64,000 nucleotides of DNA, from contig CAVYBH010000001.1 in assembly GCA_963766715.1 (NCBI GenBank), positions 128,001 through 192,000 on the forward strand, in the 5' to 3' direction. The DNA is from an uncultured delta proteobacterium. GTDB lineage: Bacteria; Myxococcota; Myxococcia; Myxococcales; Anaeromyxobacteraceae. Positions 1 to 9,871 of this stretch are shown here, in pieces (within the stretch, counting starts at the first letter, position 1; every line of letters starts with the position of its first letter). The notes under the pieces are model-generated. The model saw nothing but the letters and a program-made list of their open reading frames with translations. It had not been told where the DNA came from and did no database searches. The position numbers and the translations under genes are program-made.

Positions 1-1695
1 CGGCGGCAGCCCGAGCAGCTCGAGGTTCCGCGACTGGAAGACGAAGGCGAGCGCCTCGGTGAAGGCGTTGTTGGGCACCCCGGAGAGCAGGGTGTGGTCG
101 ACGCCGTACAGGGAGAAGACCTGCTCGACGTTGTGCCCCATCTCGTGGATGGCGATGTTGTAGCCCTTGTAGTCCATGCCGTCCGGGCCCACCCGCGTGC
201 GCAGGCGGGGCTTGTCGTCGCGCGTGGCCGCCTGCATGGCGTGGCCGGAGCCGCGGGCGGGGTCGACGGCGATGCGGTCGGAGAGCCAGGCCGCCTTCTC
301 CGGGGAGAAGCCGAGACCCTGCAGGAGGCGAGGCATGTCGGCCGCGAAGGCCTGGGGGGTCGGGTATCGCTTGCGGGTGATCGCGTCGAGCTCGGATTCC
401 GGCCGGCCCGGCGGCGTGAACCCGGCGTACCAGATGTCGAAGGGCTCGAGCGGGCGGCCCAGCCGGGCGGCCACCAGCTTCCCGGTCCGGGCCACGAGCG
501 GCGAGGAGAGGATCTCCTCCAGCATCCCGACCAGCCGCGCCTCCGGGATCTCCCGGTCCACCTGGAACTTCCTGGCGATGGCGCTCGGCGCGGTGGGCGT
601 GAAGGGGTCCGCGGCGCGCGCCGCGTGGAAGTTCTCGAGCAGGACGGCGTAGCGGGTGTCCGGCTCCCGGGCGGGATCGGCCTGGGCGGGCGGCGGCAGG
701 CCGCCCTCGATCTCGGCGGCGGGGGAGGGGCGGACCTCGTTCGTGAACGGGTTCCAGTCCACCAGCGGGGAATTGACGGCGGAGAGGGGGATCTCCTGGG
801 TGACGATCCGCTCCATGGCCCGGGCCAGCGCGCGCTGCCGGGCCAGCCCGCCGGGCTGGCCGTAGAGGGACTTCACCTCGTCCCGCAGGTTCCAGTGGGA
901 GAGCAGCCGCTTGCCCTTCGGGAAGAGCCGCTCCCCGGATCCGTCGACGAGGTGATGCGCGAAGAGGTTGTAGTCGGCCACGTAGGCCTGGGCCTCGGTG
1001 TAGGCCGCCCAGATCTGCTGCTTCACCGGCGCGGGGACCCGGGCGGCCAGGCCGCCGTCGGAGGCGCCGATGAGCGCACCCCGGCGCCCCATCAGGCGGG
1101 CCTCGGCCCAGCGCCGCCGCGACCAGGAGCCGCCCTGGGCGAGCCGCTCGTCGAGGGTGGTGAGCGGGAAGTTGAGCAGCGCCACGAAGGCCAGCTTCGA
1201 GTCGTAGAGGTCGTCGTTCAGGTGGGCGCCGGTGTCGAAGGCGGCGAAGAGCGCGTCCACCGGGACCTGCGGGCCGATGTCGAGCACGGCGTGGCGGGCC
1301 AGCGTGCGGTTCGCCTGCAGGAAGCGGCCGTCGACCTCCTCCAGGTTCTCCTCGAAGCGCGCGAGCGTCGCGAGCAGGACCGCGTCGTCGGCGACGAACT
1401 GCGCGAGCGCGAACGCCTCGAAGGCCGCCGGCGAGCCGTCGGCGCGGCGCCAGTAGCGGGCCGCCTGGTCGACGCCGCGCTCGATCCGGGCCCGCTGCGC
1501 CTCCCCGTGCCGGGCGAGCAGCGCTCCCTTGGCGCGGGTCGCGGCGGAGGCCATGGCAGGATCGGCCGCCGGCGCGGGGACGGAGGCGGGAGCGGCCGCC
1601 GCGGCGGGGGCCGCGGGAGGGGCGGGCGTCGCGGGAACGGGTGCGGCCGCCGCGTCCGGCGCGGCGAGGACGAGGGCGGCGAGGAGCGCGAGCAT
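1..1695 (-). CDS. Exported uncharacterised protein with gluzincin-type zinc metallopeptidase motif (3' end runs off the window)
   Basis: Absent from the ORF track because it is open at the edge. Manual translation from ATG 1695 gives MLALLAALVLAAPDAAAPVP (signal peptide, Ala/Pro linker). The same frame at the window start reads YNIAIHEMGHNVEQVF...NNAFTEALAF (HEXXH at 133-147 plus downstream Glu). Confidence 0.75.
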   Translation of the reverse strand, partial: MLALLAALVLAAPDAAAAPVPATPAPPAAPAAAAAPASVPAPAADPAMASAATRAKGALLARHGEAQRARIERGVDQAARYWRRADGSPAAFEAFALAQFVADDAVLLATLARFEENLEEVDGRFLQANRTLARHAVLDIGPQVPVDALFAAFDTGAHLNDDLYDSKLAFVALLNFPLTTLDERLAQGGSWSRRRWAEARLMGRRGALIGASDGGLAARVPAPVKQQIWAAYTEAQAYVADYNLFAHHLVDGSGERLFPKGKRLLSHWNLRDEVKSLYGQPGGLARQRALARAMERIVTQEIPLSAVNSPLVDWNPFTNEVRPSPAAEIEGGLPPPAQADPAREPDTRYAVLLENFHAARAADPFTPTAPSAIARKFQVDREIPEARLVGMLEEILSSPLVARTGKLVAARLGRPLEPFDIWYAGFTPPGRPESELDAITRKRYPTPQAFAADMPRLLQGLGFSPEKAAWLSDRIAVDPARGSGHAMQAATRDDKPRLRTRVGPDGMDYKGYNIAIHEMGHNVEQVFSLYGVDHTLLSGVPNNAFTEALAFVFQSRNLELLGLPP

Positions 1696-1706
1696 GTGGG
1701 TCCCTT

Positions 1707-2870
1707 CTAGCGCGCGGCGGCGAAGCCCCGCTCCAGGTCTTCCAGCAGGTCCTCGGCGTTCTCGATGCCCACCGAGACCCGGATGAACCCGTCGTCGATG
1801 CCGAGCGCGGCCCGCGTCGCGGGCGGGACGCTCGCGTGGGTCATGATGGCCGGGTGCTCGATGAGGCTCTCCACGCCGCCCAGCGACTCGGCGAGCGCGA
1901 AGACCTGGAGCGAGGAGAGGAAGGCGCGCGCCGCGGGCAGCCCGCCGCGGATCACGAAGGTCAGCATCCCGCCGAACCCGCGCATCTGGCGCCGGGCCAG
2001 GTCGTGCTGCGGGTGGGAGGGCAGCCCGGGGTAGGTGACCTTCTCCACCTGGGGGTGCCCCTCGAGGAAGCGGGCGACCCGGAACGCGTTCTCCTGGTGG
2101 CGCTCCATCCGGACGTGCAGGGTCTTCAGCCCCCGCATCACCAGGAAGGAGTCCATGGGGGAAGGCACCCCGCCCACCGCGTTCTGGAGGAACTGCATGC
2201 GCTGGTACAGCCCGGCGTCGGAGGTGAGGACCGCGCCGCCCACCACGTCGGAGTGGCCGTTCAGGTACTTGGTCGTGGAGTGGCAGACCAGGTCGATCCC
2301 CAGCTCGAGCGGCCGCTGGAAGAACGGCGTGGCGAAGGTGTTGTCGACCACGCTGGTCGCGCCCCGGGCCCGGGCGATGGCCGCGATGGCCGCCAGGTCG
2401 GCGATCTTGAGCATGGGGTTGGTCGGCGTCTCCAGCCAGACCAGCCGCGTGCGCGGCGTCATGGCCCGCTCGACGTTTCCCGGGTCGCAGGCGTCGACCG
2501 GCGTGAAGGAGAGGCCGTGGCGCCGGAAGACCTTGTCGAAGAGGCGGAAGGTCCCGCCGTAGACGTCGTCCGAGTAGACGACGTGGTCGCCGGCGTCGAG
2601 CAGGTGGAGGATGGCGTCGGTGGCCGCCAGCCCCGAGGCGAAGGCCAGGCCGTGCCGGGCTCCCTCGAGCGCCGCCAGGCAGTCCTGGAGGGCGTGCCGG
2701 GTCAGGTTGTGCGTGCGCGAGTACTCGTAGCCCTTGTGCTCTCCCGGCGCCGACTGGGCGTAGGTCGAGGTCAGGTACACCGGCGTCATGACCGCGCCGG
2801 TCACCGGGTCCGGGCGCTGGCCGGCGTGGATGGCGAGCGTCTCGAAGCGTGCGCCCTTCTCGTCGCTCAC
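1707..2870 (-). CDS. Cystathionine gamma-lyase/synthase (PLP-dependent Cys/Met metabolism family)
   Basis: FETLAIHAGQ, YSRTHN, FASGLAA, ETPTNP, DNTFATP, HSTTKYLNGHSDV (PLP Lys), AESLGGVESL. GTG start overlaps the upstream TGA (GTGA at 2867-2870). Confidence 0.93.
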   Translation of the reverse strand: MSDEKGARFETLAIHAGQRPDPVTGAVMTPVYLTSTYAQSAPGEHKGYEYSRTHNLTRHALQDCLAALEGARHGLAFASGLAATDAILHLLDAGDHVVYSDDVYGGTFRLFDKVFRRHGLSFTPVDACDPGNVERAMTPRTRLVWLETPTNPMLKIADLAAIAAIARARGATSVVDNTFATPFFQRPLELGIDLVCHSTTKYLNGHSDVVGGAVLTSDAGLYQRMQFLQNAVGGVPSPMDSFLVMRGLKTLHVRMERHQENAFRVARFLEGHPQVEKVTYPGLPSHPQHDLARRQMRGFGGMLTFVIRGGLPAARAFLSSLQVFALAESLGGVESLIEHPAIMTHASVPPATRAALGIDDGFIRVSVGIENAEDLLEDLERGFAAAR

Positions 2871-4246
2871 TGGAGCTTCTCCCCGAGGAACTCGATGAGG
2901 TCGATCTTGGTGAGGATGCCGGTCACCTTCTCCCCCTCCTTCACGACGGCCACGTTGTCGTCGTTGAAGATGGCGCGGAGCCGGGCGATGGGGGTGTCGA
3001 GGGCGACCACGCCCTGGAGCGGCTGCACCAGCGGCTCCACCACCTCGGTGAGGCGGTGCTTGCCCTCGATGAGGAAGTTGAGCAGGTCGTACTCGTGGAT
3101 CATGCCGATGGTGCGCCCCTCGTCGTCGATCACCGGCATCTGGGAGATGTCGTTGGCGCGCATCATCTTCACCACCGCCTCCACCTTGTCGGTGCGCCGG
3201 GCGTGGATCACCCCGCCGCGCCGGGTGCCCAGCACGTCGGACACCGTGGCGCCGGCCACCGAGTCGCCGCTCTCCACCGGGAAGCCGTTGTCGCGCATCC
3301 ACTCGTCGGAGAAGAACTTGGAGATGTAGGCCCGGCCGGTGTCGGGCAGAGGCACCACGACGACCTTGTCCGGCCCCATCTCCTTGGCGATCTGGACGGC
3401 CACGTGGACGGCCGCGCCGGAGCTTCCCCCGGCGAAGATGCCCTCCTCCCGCGCCAGGCGCCGGGCCATGGAGAAGGCCTGCGCGTCGTTCACCTGCCGG
3501 ACGTCGTCGAGGACCGACAGGTCCATGGCGCCGCACATCATGTCCTCGCCGATGCCCTCGACCTTGTAGACGCGGGGCTCGGACATCTTCCCGGTCTTCC
3601 ACATCGAGAAGTAGATGGAGCCCACCGGGTCCACGCCCACGTTGCGGATCCCCGGGCGCTTCTCCTTGAAGAAGCGGCCGCAGCCGGACATCGTGCCGCC
3701 CGTGCCGATGCCGGCCACGAAGGCGTCGAACGCGCCGCCGGTCTGCTCCCAGATCTCCGGCGCGGTGACCTGGTAGTGGGCCTCGACGTTGTCGGGGTTG
3801 TGGTACTGGTTCACGTAGAAGCTGTTGGGCGTCTCGGCGGCGATCCGCTTGGCCACCGAGTAGTAGCTCTCCGGCGAGTCGGCCGGGACGTTCGTCGGGG
3901 TCACCACCACCTGGGCGCCGAAGGCCTTCAGCGTGTCCTGCTTCTCCTTCGACATCTTGTCCGGCATGGTGAAGATGCAGCGGTACCCCTTCACGGCCGC
4001 GGCGATGGCGAGGCCGACCCCGGTGTTCCCGCTGGTGTTCTCCACGATGGTCGACCCCTTGCGGAGCAACCCGGCCTTCTCGGCCTTCTCCAGGATGTGC
4101 AGCGCCATGCGGTCCTTGATGGAGCCGCCCGGATTCATGTACTCGAGCTTCACCAGCACGGTGGCGGCGCCCGGGGGCACGACCTTGGCCAGCTTCACGA
4201 GGGGTGTGTGACCGATGGCGGACAGGACGTCGGCGTGGAAGGCCAT
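2867..4246 (-). CDS. Cystathionine beta-synthase with C-terminal CBS (Bateman) domains
   Basis: IGHTPLV, NPGGSIKDR, ENTSGNTG, GIGTGGT, YKVEGIG, GGSSG, PDTGRAYISK; C-terminal ISQMPV...IGMI and VTGILTKIDL CBS pair. Confidence 0.92.
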   Translation of the reverse strand: MAFHADVLSAIGHTPLVKLAKVVPPGAATVLVKLEYMNPGGSIKDRMALHILEKAEKAGLLRKGSTIVENTSGNTGVGLAIAAAVKGYRCIFTMPDKMSKEKQDTLKAFGAQVVVTPTNVPADSPESYYSVAKRIAAETPNSFYVNQYHNPDNVEAHYQVTAPEIWEQTGGAFDAFVAGIGTGGTMSGCGRFFKEKRPGIRNVGVDPVGSIYFSMWKTGKMSEPRVYKVEGIGEDMMCGAMDLSVLDDVRQVNDAQAFSMARRLAREEGIFAGGSSGAAVHVAVQIAKEMGPDKVVVVPLPDTGRAYISKFFSDEWMRDNGFPVESGDSVAGATVSDVLGTRRGGVIHARRTDKVEAVVKMMRANDISQMPVIDDEGRTIGMIHEYDLLNFLIEGKHRLTEVVEPLVQPLQGVVALDTPIARLRAIFNDDNVAVVKEGEKVTGILTKIDLIEFLGEKLQ

Positions 4247-4354
4247 GCGGGATCTCCCGGAATGCCAGGATTGGCGGGGGTTCGAGCCTTATAGGACCCG
4301 TTCCGACGGGGTGTCAACGCGCCGGTCCGGCGGTCCGGCGGGGAGGAGAACCGG

Positions 4355-5405
4355 GTGAGCGAGCGGCAGGCGGAGGTGGAGTCGAGGGTGCGCGGGGCGG
4401 TCACCCGCGCCATCGGGAAGGACGCGAGCCGGTGGCCGGTGCGCCGGCTGGCCGGGCACGCCTCCCTGCGCAGCTACTGGCGGGTGGGGACCCCCCCGGA
4501 GTCCCGGGTGGTGATGGTCATGCCCGAGAACGCCCGGCCCGAGGAGGCGACGAGCGGAGCCCCCCCGGTCGAGGACCCCTTCGTGAACGTGCAGCGGTAC
4601 CTCCGGGGCGCCGGCGCGCGCGTCCCCGCCATCGACGCCTTCTTCGCGGCCGAGGGGCTCATGGTCCTGGAGGACCTGGGCGACGAGATGCTGGAGACCC
4701 GGCTGCTGGCCGGCGAGCCGGCCGAGCCGCTCTACGCCGAGGCGGTGGACCGGCTGGCCCGGCTGCGGGCCCAGGCCGAGCGCGCCCCCGACCCGGGGTG
4801 CGTGGCCTTCCAGCGGAGCTTCGACCGGACCCTCTACCGGTGGGAGCTCGACCACTTCCGGGAGTGGCTGCTCGAGGCCTGGAAGGGAGCCGCGCTCTCG
4901 CCGGCCGAGCGCCCGGTGGTCGAGCGGCACTTCGACGCCATCGCCGAGGACCTCGCCGCCCAGCCCGCCGGGTTCACCCATCGCGACTACCAGTCGCGCA
5001 ACCTCATGGTGCTCCCGGGCGGGGAGCAGGTGGTCATCGACTTCCAGGACGCGCTGCTCGGGCCGCGCCAGTACGACCTGGTGGCGCTGCTGCGGGACAG
5101 CTACGTCGAGCTCCCCGCGGCGCTGGTCGATCGGATGCTCTCCCGGTACCTGGCTCGCCTCCAGGAGGCGGGTGGGCCGCGCCTCGACCCGGACGCCTTC
5201 CGCGGCACCTTCGACCTGCTCACCGTGCAGCGGAAGCTGAAGGACGCGGGACGCTTCGTCTTCATCGACCGGGTGAGGGGCAACCCCGGCTTCCTCCCCT
5301 CCATCCCGGCGTCGCTCGCGCTACGTCCGCGACGCGCTGGTCCGCCGCCCCGACCTGGCGGACCTGGCCGCGATCCTCGCCCGGCACGTTCCCGAGCTGG
5401 CCTGA
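4355..5405 (+). CDS. Aminoglycoside-phosphotransferase-fold sugar kinase, AmgK-like (MurNAc/GlcNAc kinase); frameshift near 5318
   Basis: GHASLRSYWR, LEDLGD, HRDYQSRNLM, IDFQDALLGP, YDLVALLRD, QRKLKDAGRF. The natural C-terminus YVRDALVRRPDLADLAAILARHVPELA* lies in a shifted frame ending at TGA 5403-5405. Confidence 0.78.
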
Positions 5406-5442
5406 AAAGGAAAGGGAGGCGAGGCCCCGGCCCCGCCTCCCT
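5405..5442 (-). terminator. Intrinsic terminator downstream of actP (possibly bidirectional)
   Basis: Minus strand reads AGGGAGGCGGGGCC-GG-GGCCTCGCCTCCCT followed by TTCCTTTT, between convergent genes. Confidence 0.65.
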
Positions 5443-5468
5443 GGCACTGGCGCCCGAAGGCGTTCGCG

Positions 5469-7007
5469 CTACTCGGCGCCGACGCCCAGGTAGGTGCGCA
5501 GCTTCTCGTCCTCGAACTTCTCCTGCGCCTCCTGCTCGGGCGTGAGGAGCGAGACCACGATGCCGACCGAGAAGGCGGCCAGCATCGACCAGATGGCCGG
5601 GTTCTTCATGGGGAAGATGGCCTTCTCGAACTTGAAGATCGTCACCCAGACCGTGGGCGAGAGCACGATCATGGCGAGCGAGCTGAAGGCGCCGACCAGG
5701 ATCGACCAGACCGCGCCCTGGGTGCTGAACCGCTTCCACACGATGGACATGAGCAGCGCCGGGAAGTTGGCGCTGGCGGCGATGGCGAAGGCGAGCCCCA
5801 CCATGAAGGCCACGTTCTGTCCCTTGAAGGCGATGCCCAGCGCGATGGCGAAGACGCCGAACACGATGGTGGCGATGCGGGCGACCTTGAGCTGGTCCTC
5901 CTCGCTGGCCTTGCCGCGCTTGATGACGCTCACGTAGATGTCGTGGGAGAAGGCGGAGGCGCCCGCCAGCGTGAGGCCGGCCACCACCGCGAGGATGGTG
6001 GCGAAGGCCACCGCGGAGATGAAGCCCAGGAAGGCCTGTCCACCCAGCAGCTCGGCGAGCAGCGGGGCCGCCATGTTGCCGCCCGGCGCGATCTTGGTGA
6101 CCACGTCCCGGCCGACCAGGATGGCGGCGCCGAACCCGACGATGGGGATGATCACGTAGAAGTAGCCGATGAGGCCGGTGGCGTAGAGCACCGACTTCCG
6201 GGCCGCCTTGGCGTCGGGCACGGTGTAGAAGCGCATGAGGATGTGCGGGAGGCCGAGGAGGCCGAACATGAGCGCCAGGCCCAGCGAGATGGCCTCGAGC
6301 GGGCTCGAGACGAACCCGCCCGGCTCCAGCGCGGCCTGCCCGTACTTGGCGCTGACCGCCGTGTAGATGTTGGCCGGGCTCCAGCCGAACTTGGCGAGGA
6401 CGAGCACGGTGAGGATGGAGACGCCGATGAGGAGCAGGACCGCCTTGATGATCTGCACCCAGGTGGTGGCGAGCATGCCGCCGAAGAGCACGTAGGCGAG
6501 CATCACGGTGCCCACGATGATCTCGGCCCACTCGTAGGGGATCCCGAACATCAGCTTGATGAGCTGCCCGGAGCCGACCATCTGGGCGATGGTGTAGAAG
6601 AGCACGGTGAGGATGCCGCCGATCGCCGCGGCGATGCGGACCGGGCGCTGCTGCAGCCGGAAGGCCACCACGTCGGCGAAGGTGAACTTGCCCAGGTTCC
6701 GCAGCGGCTCGGCCACGAGGAACATGAGCGCCGGCCAGCCGACCAGCCAGCCGATGGCGTAGATCATGCCGTCGTAGCCCTGCAGGGCGACCATGCCGGA
6801 GATGCCGAGGAAGGAGGCGGCCGACATGTAGTCGCCGGCCAGCGCGAAGCCGTTCTGCAGCGCCGAGACGCTGCGGCCGGCCGCGTAGAACTCCGACGAG
6901 GTCTTGGTGCGCCGCGCCGCCCAGTAGGTGACGACCAGCGTCAGGGCGACGATGATGAAGAAGAAGAGGATCGAGGATGCGGTGGGTGATCCGAGCGAGC
7001 TCTGCAT
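5469..7007 (-). CDS. actP: Cation/acetate symporter ActP (SSS family)
   Basis: QNGFALAGDYMSAASFLGISG, AEPLRNLGKFTFADV, GGMLATTWVQIIKA, GLPHILMRFYTVPDAKAARKS, AVAFATILAVVAGL; many TM segments. Confidence 0.93.
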   Translation of the reverse strand: MQSSLGSPTASSILFFFIIVALTLVVTYWAARRTKTSSEFYAAGRSVSALQNGFALAGDYMSAASFLGISGMVALQGYDGMIYAIGWLVGWPALMFLVAEPLRNLGKFTFADVVAFRLQQRPVRIAAAIGGILTVLFYTIAQMVGSGQLIKLMFGIPYEWAEIIVGTVMLAYVLFGGMLATTWVQIIKAVLLLIGVSILTVLVLAKFGWSPANIYTAVSAKYGQAALEPGGFVSSPLEAISLGLALMFGLLGLPHILMRFYTVPDAKAARKSVLYATGLIGYFYVIIPIVGFGAAILVGRDVVTKIAPGGNMAAPLLAELLGGQAFLGFISAVAFATILAVVAGLTLAGASAFSHDIYVSVIKRGKASEEDQLKVARIATIVFGVFAIALGIAFKGQNVAFMVGLAFAIAASANFPALLMSIVWKRFSTQGAVWSILVGAFSSLAMIVLSPTVWVTIFKFEKAIFPMKNPAIWSMLAAFSVGIVVSLLTPEQEAQEKFEDEKLRTYLGVGAE

Positions 7008-7043
7008 GGCGACGTGTCTCCGGTGTCCGGGTTGCGCGGCCGC

Positions 7044-7415
7044 CTAGTGGCGGAGCTGGCCCTTCAGGCGTTCCACTTCGGGGTCGTAGGAGCGGTTGGC
7101 CCAGGCCACGTAGATGGCGGTGAGCAGCCACGCGAAGACGATGACGCCGACCCCCAGCGGGATGGCGAGCGTGGTGTTCTCGCCCACCTTCTGGGACACG
7201 AACGTCTTGTCGCCGGACACCAGCAGGATGAAGCCGTAGTAGCAGGTGAAGAGCAGGACGAGCAGCACCATGCTGACCGACCAGCGGCGCTTCACGAGCG
7301 CCTTGAACTCGGGCGAGGCGACCACCTCGGCGGCGGTGTATCCGCCGCGAGCCGGACGGCCCTGCGCGGGACTCTTGTTCACGGACTGTGTGGGGGCAGC
7401 GGCGACTTTTTCCAT
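7044..7415 (-). CDS. DUF485 (YjcH-like) small membrane protein, usual ActP partner
   Basis: SPEFKALVKRRW, two TM helices, YVAWANRSYDPEV; ATG 7415 preceded by GGAGGAG; directly upstream of actP. Confidence 0.88.
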   Translation of the reverse strand: MEKVAAAPTQSVNKSPAQGRPARGGYTAAEVVASPEFKALVKRRWSVSMVLLVLLFTCYYGFILLVSGDKTFVSQKVGENTTLAIPLGVGVIVFAWLLTAIYVAWANRSYDPEVERLKGQLRH

Positions 7416-7627
7416 GTCTCCTCCGGGGCGGGAGCGACCCCTATAGCAAGCCTGCACGGAGAGCGAAAGCGCTGGATTTGCGTTGCTGGTGGGCAAAAAA
7501 ATGCGCCCCCCTTTGCACCCGAATGAGGGATGGAACGTACCGAGGGTGCGCACTTCGTGCGCTGCCGTTTGCGCTGGATCACTTCGTCGATGTGGTAGCT
7601 TGGGCCCGAGTCCGACGCGCGACCGTC

Positions 7628-8377
7628 ATGAAGATCGCCCTCTTCGCCGACATCCACTCCAACCTCGAGGCCCTCACCGCCTGCCTGGCGCACGCCCGGT
7701 CGCAGGACGCCGGGCTCCACGCCTTCCTGGGGGACCTGGTCGGGTACGGCGCCGATCCGCAGGCGGTGCTCGACGTGGTCGAGGAGTACCGGCGCCGTGG
7801 TTCACTGGTGGTCCGGGGCAACCACGACGACGCCGCGCTCTCGGAGGCGGCGGACGAGGGCATGAACCTGGCGGCCAAGAAGGCCGCGGCCTGGACGCGC
7901 TCCGTGCTGGAGCCGCGCCACCGGGAGTTCCTGGCCTCGCTCCCCTACCAGGTGCGCCACGGCAGCCTCTACCTCGTCCACGGCAGCGCGGCGGCGCCGG
8001 AGAAGCACGTCTACGTGACCGACCTGCGCGGCGCGGCGGCCTCGCTGGCCTGCGCGGAGGGCGCCTCGTGGGTGGCCTGCGGGCACGTCCACGAGCAGGC
8101 CCTCTACTACACGGTGGGCGGCGCGCGGCCGCTGCCCTTCAAGCCGGTCCCCGGGGTGGCCATCCCGGTGCCGGAGCGCCGCCGCTGGCTGGCCATCGTC
8201 GGGTCCGCCGGGCAGCCCCGCGATGGGAACACGGCCGCCTGCTATGCGATGCTGGACACGGAGCGGCCGGCCATCACCTTCCACCGCGTCCCCTACGACT
8301 GGGAGACGGCGGCCCGGAAGATCCTCGAGGCCGGGCTTCCCGAGCGGCTGGCGGTGCGGCTGCGGAAGGGGGAGTAG
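7628..8377 (+). CDS. Calcineurin-like metallophosphoesterase
   Basis: MKIALFADIHSN, GDLVGYG, GNHD, HGS, GHVH, GSAGQPRDG. Confidence 0.9.
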   Translation: MKIALFADIHSNLEALTACLAHARSQDAGLHAFLGDLVGYGADPQAVLDVVEEYRRRGSLVVRGNHDDAALSEAADEGMNLAAKKAAAWTRSVLEPRHREFLASLPYQVRHGSLYLVHGSAAAPEKHVYVTDLRGAAASLACAEGASWVACGHVHEQALYYTVGGARPLPFKPVPGVAIPVPERRRWLAIVGSAGQPRDGNTAACYAMLDTERPAITFHRVPYDWETAARKILEAGLPERLAVRLRKGE

Positions 8378-8380
8378 CGG

Positions 8381-9790
8381 ATGGGCAGGCTTCCGGAGGC
8401 GGGTGAGTCGCTCGACGGCTACCGGGTCACCGGGAAGCTGCACGCCGGAGGCATGGGCGTGCTCCTCCTCGTCGAGGCGCCCGAGGATCCGGGCTTCCCG
8501 CTGGTGATGAAGATCCCGCGCCTCGGCTACGGGGAGCCGGCCGAGGCGGTGGTGAGCTACGAGGTGGAGCAGCTCATCATGTCGGTGCTGCAGGGCTCGC
8601 ACGTTCCCCGCTACGTGGGCGCCGGCGACCTGGCCGTCCAGCCCTACATCGTGATGGAGAAGGTCGAGGGGGAGTGCCTCAAGGAGCGGGTCGAGAAGCT
8701 GCCGCTCCCGCCCGACGAGGTCGCCCACCTGGGCGCCGCGGTGGCCACCGCGCTTCGCTCGCTCCACCAGCAGGAGGTGGTGCACCTCGACGTGAAGCCG
8801 TCGAACGTGATCCTCCGCCCCTCCGGCGAGGCGGTCTTCATCGACTTCGGCCTGGCCCACCACGCCCACTACCCCGACCTGCTGGCCGAGGAGAGCCGCA
8901 ACCCCATGGGCTCGGCGCCGTACATCTCCCCGGAGCAGGTCCTGGGCGTCCGCAGCGACCCGCGCAGCGACCTCTTCGCGCTCGGGGTCATGCTCTACGA
9001 GTTCGCCACCGGCAAGTTCCCCTTCGGATCGCCGACCGGCCCCTCCGGCCTCCGCAAGCGGCTCCACGCCGACCCGATCCCGCCCCGGGCCATCCGCCCG
9101 GAGATCCCGGAATGGCTGCAGGAGATCATCCTGCACTGCCTGGAGCCGGACGCGAACCACCGGTACGCCACGGCGGCGCAGGTCGCGTTCGACCTCGCCC
9201 ATCCCGACCAGGTGGTGGTGACGGATCGCGGGCGCCGGCTCAAGCGCGTCGGCCTGGGCACCCGGTTCCGCCGGTGGCTGAAGGCCAAGGGCATGGAGCC
9301 CTCCGCCGTGGTGCGGCCGTCGGCCCAGCTGGCCAACGCCCGGATCGTGCTGGCCGCGGTGGCCACCACCCACACGAACGAGCTCCTCTTCCAGGCCCAG
9401 CGCGACGCGGTCCGGCGCCTGCTCGCCTCCGACCCGGAGAGCCGGCTCGCCTGCGTCACGGTGGTGAGGCCGTCGTCGGTGGTGGGCGCCGAGACCGAGG
9501 ACGACGTCGCCACCACGCAGGCCATCAAGAACCTGGTCCACCTCCGCCACTGGGCCGAGCCCCTCCAGCTCCCCACGGCCTCCATCTCGTTCCACGTGCT
9601 CGAGGGGAGCGACCCGGCCACCACCGTGCTGTCCTACGCCCGGGCCAACGCGGTCGACCAGATCGTCATCGGGGCCCCGCCGCCCGATCTCCCGCTCCGG
9701 GCCCTCATGGGCACGTTCGCCACCAAGATCGCCGCCGAGGCGCCCTGCACGGTGACGCTCGTCCGGCCCCCCGCCCCGGGACGCGAGTAG
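8381..9790 (+). CDS. Ser/Thr protein kinase fused to a C-terminal universal stress protein (USP)-like domain
   Basis: AGGMG, VMKIP, HLDVKPSN (non-RD), IDFG, GSAPYISPE, SDLFALG; C-terminal IVLAAV...EGSDPATTVLSYARANAVDQIVIGA...IAAEAPCTVTLVR. Confidence 0.88.
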   Translation: MGRLPEAGESLDGYRVTGKLHAGGMGVLLLVEAPEDPGFPLVMKIPRLGYGEPAEAVVSYEVEQLIMSVLQGSHVPRYVGAGDLAVQPYIVMEKVEGECLKERVEKLPLPPDEVAHLGAAVATALRSLHQQEVVHLDVKPSNVILRPSGEAVFIDFGLAHHAHYPDLLAEESRNPMGSAPYISPEQVLGVRSDPRSDLFALGVMLYEFATGKFPFGSPTGPSGLRKRLHADPIPPRAIRPEIPEWLQEIILHCLEPDANHRYATAAQVAFDLAHPDQVVVTDRGRRLKRVGLGTRFRRWLKAKGMEPSAVVRPSAQLANARIVLAAVATTHTNELLFQAQRDAVRRLLASDPESRLACVTVVRPSSVVGAETEDDVATTQAIKNLVHLRHWAEPLQLPTASISFHVLEGSDPATTVLSYARANAVDQIVIGAPPPDLPLRALMGTFATKIAAEAPCTVTLVRPPAPGRE

Positions 9791-9871
9791 GGCCGCAGGC
9801 CCGGAAAGCACAACGCCGCCCCAGGGCCGGAGCCCGGAGAGCGGCGTCGGGTGCTTCGGGAAGCGAGTCGG

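Noticed and set aside
94..1710. 538-aa plus-strand ORF and the many similar long antisense ORFs
   Set aside because: Shadow frames of real opposite-strand genes; low-complexity Arg/Gly/Ala/Pro translations without motifs.
7441..7460. Sigma-54 promoter upstream of DUF485-actP
   Set aside because: A TTGC -12 element is present on the minus strand but the GG at -24 is missing.
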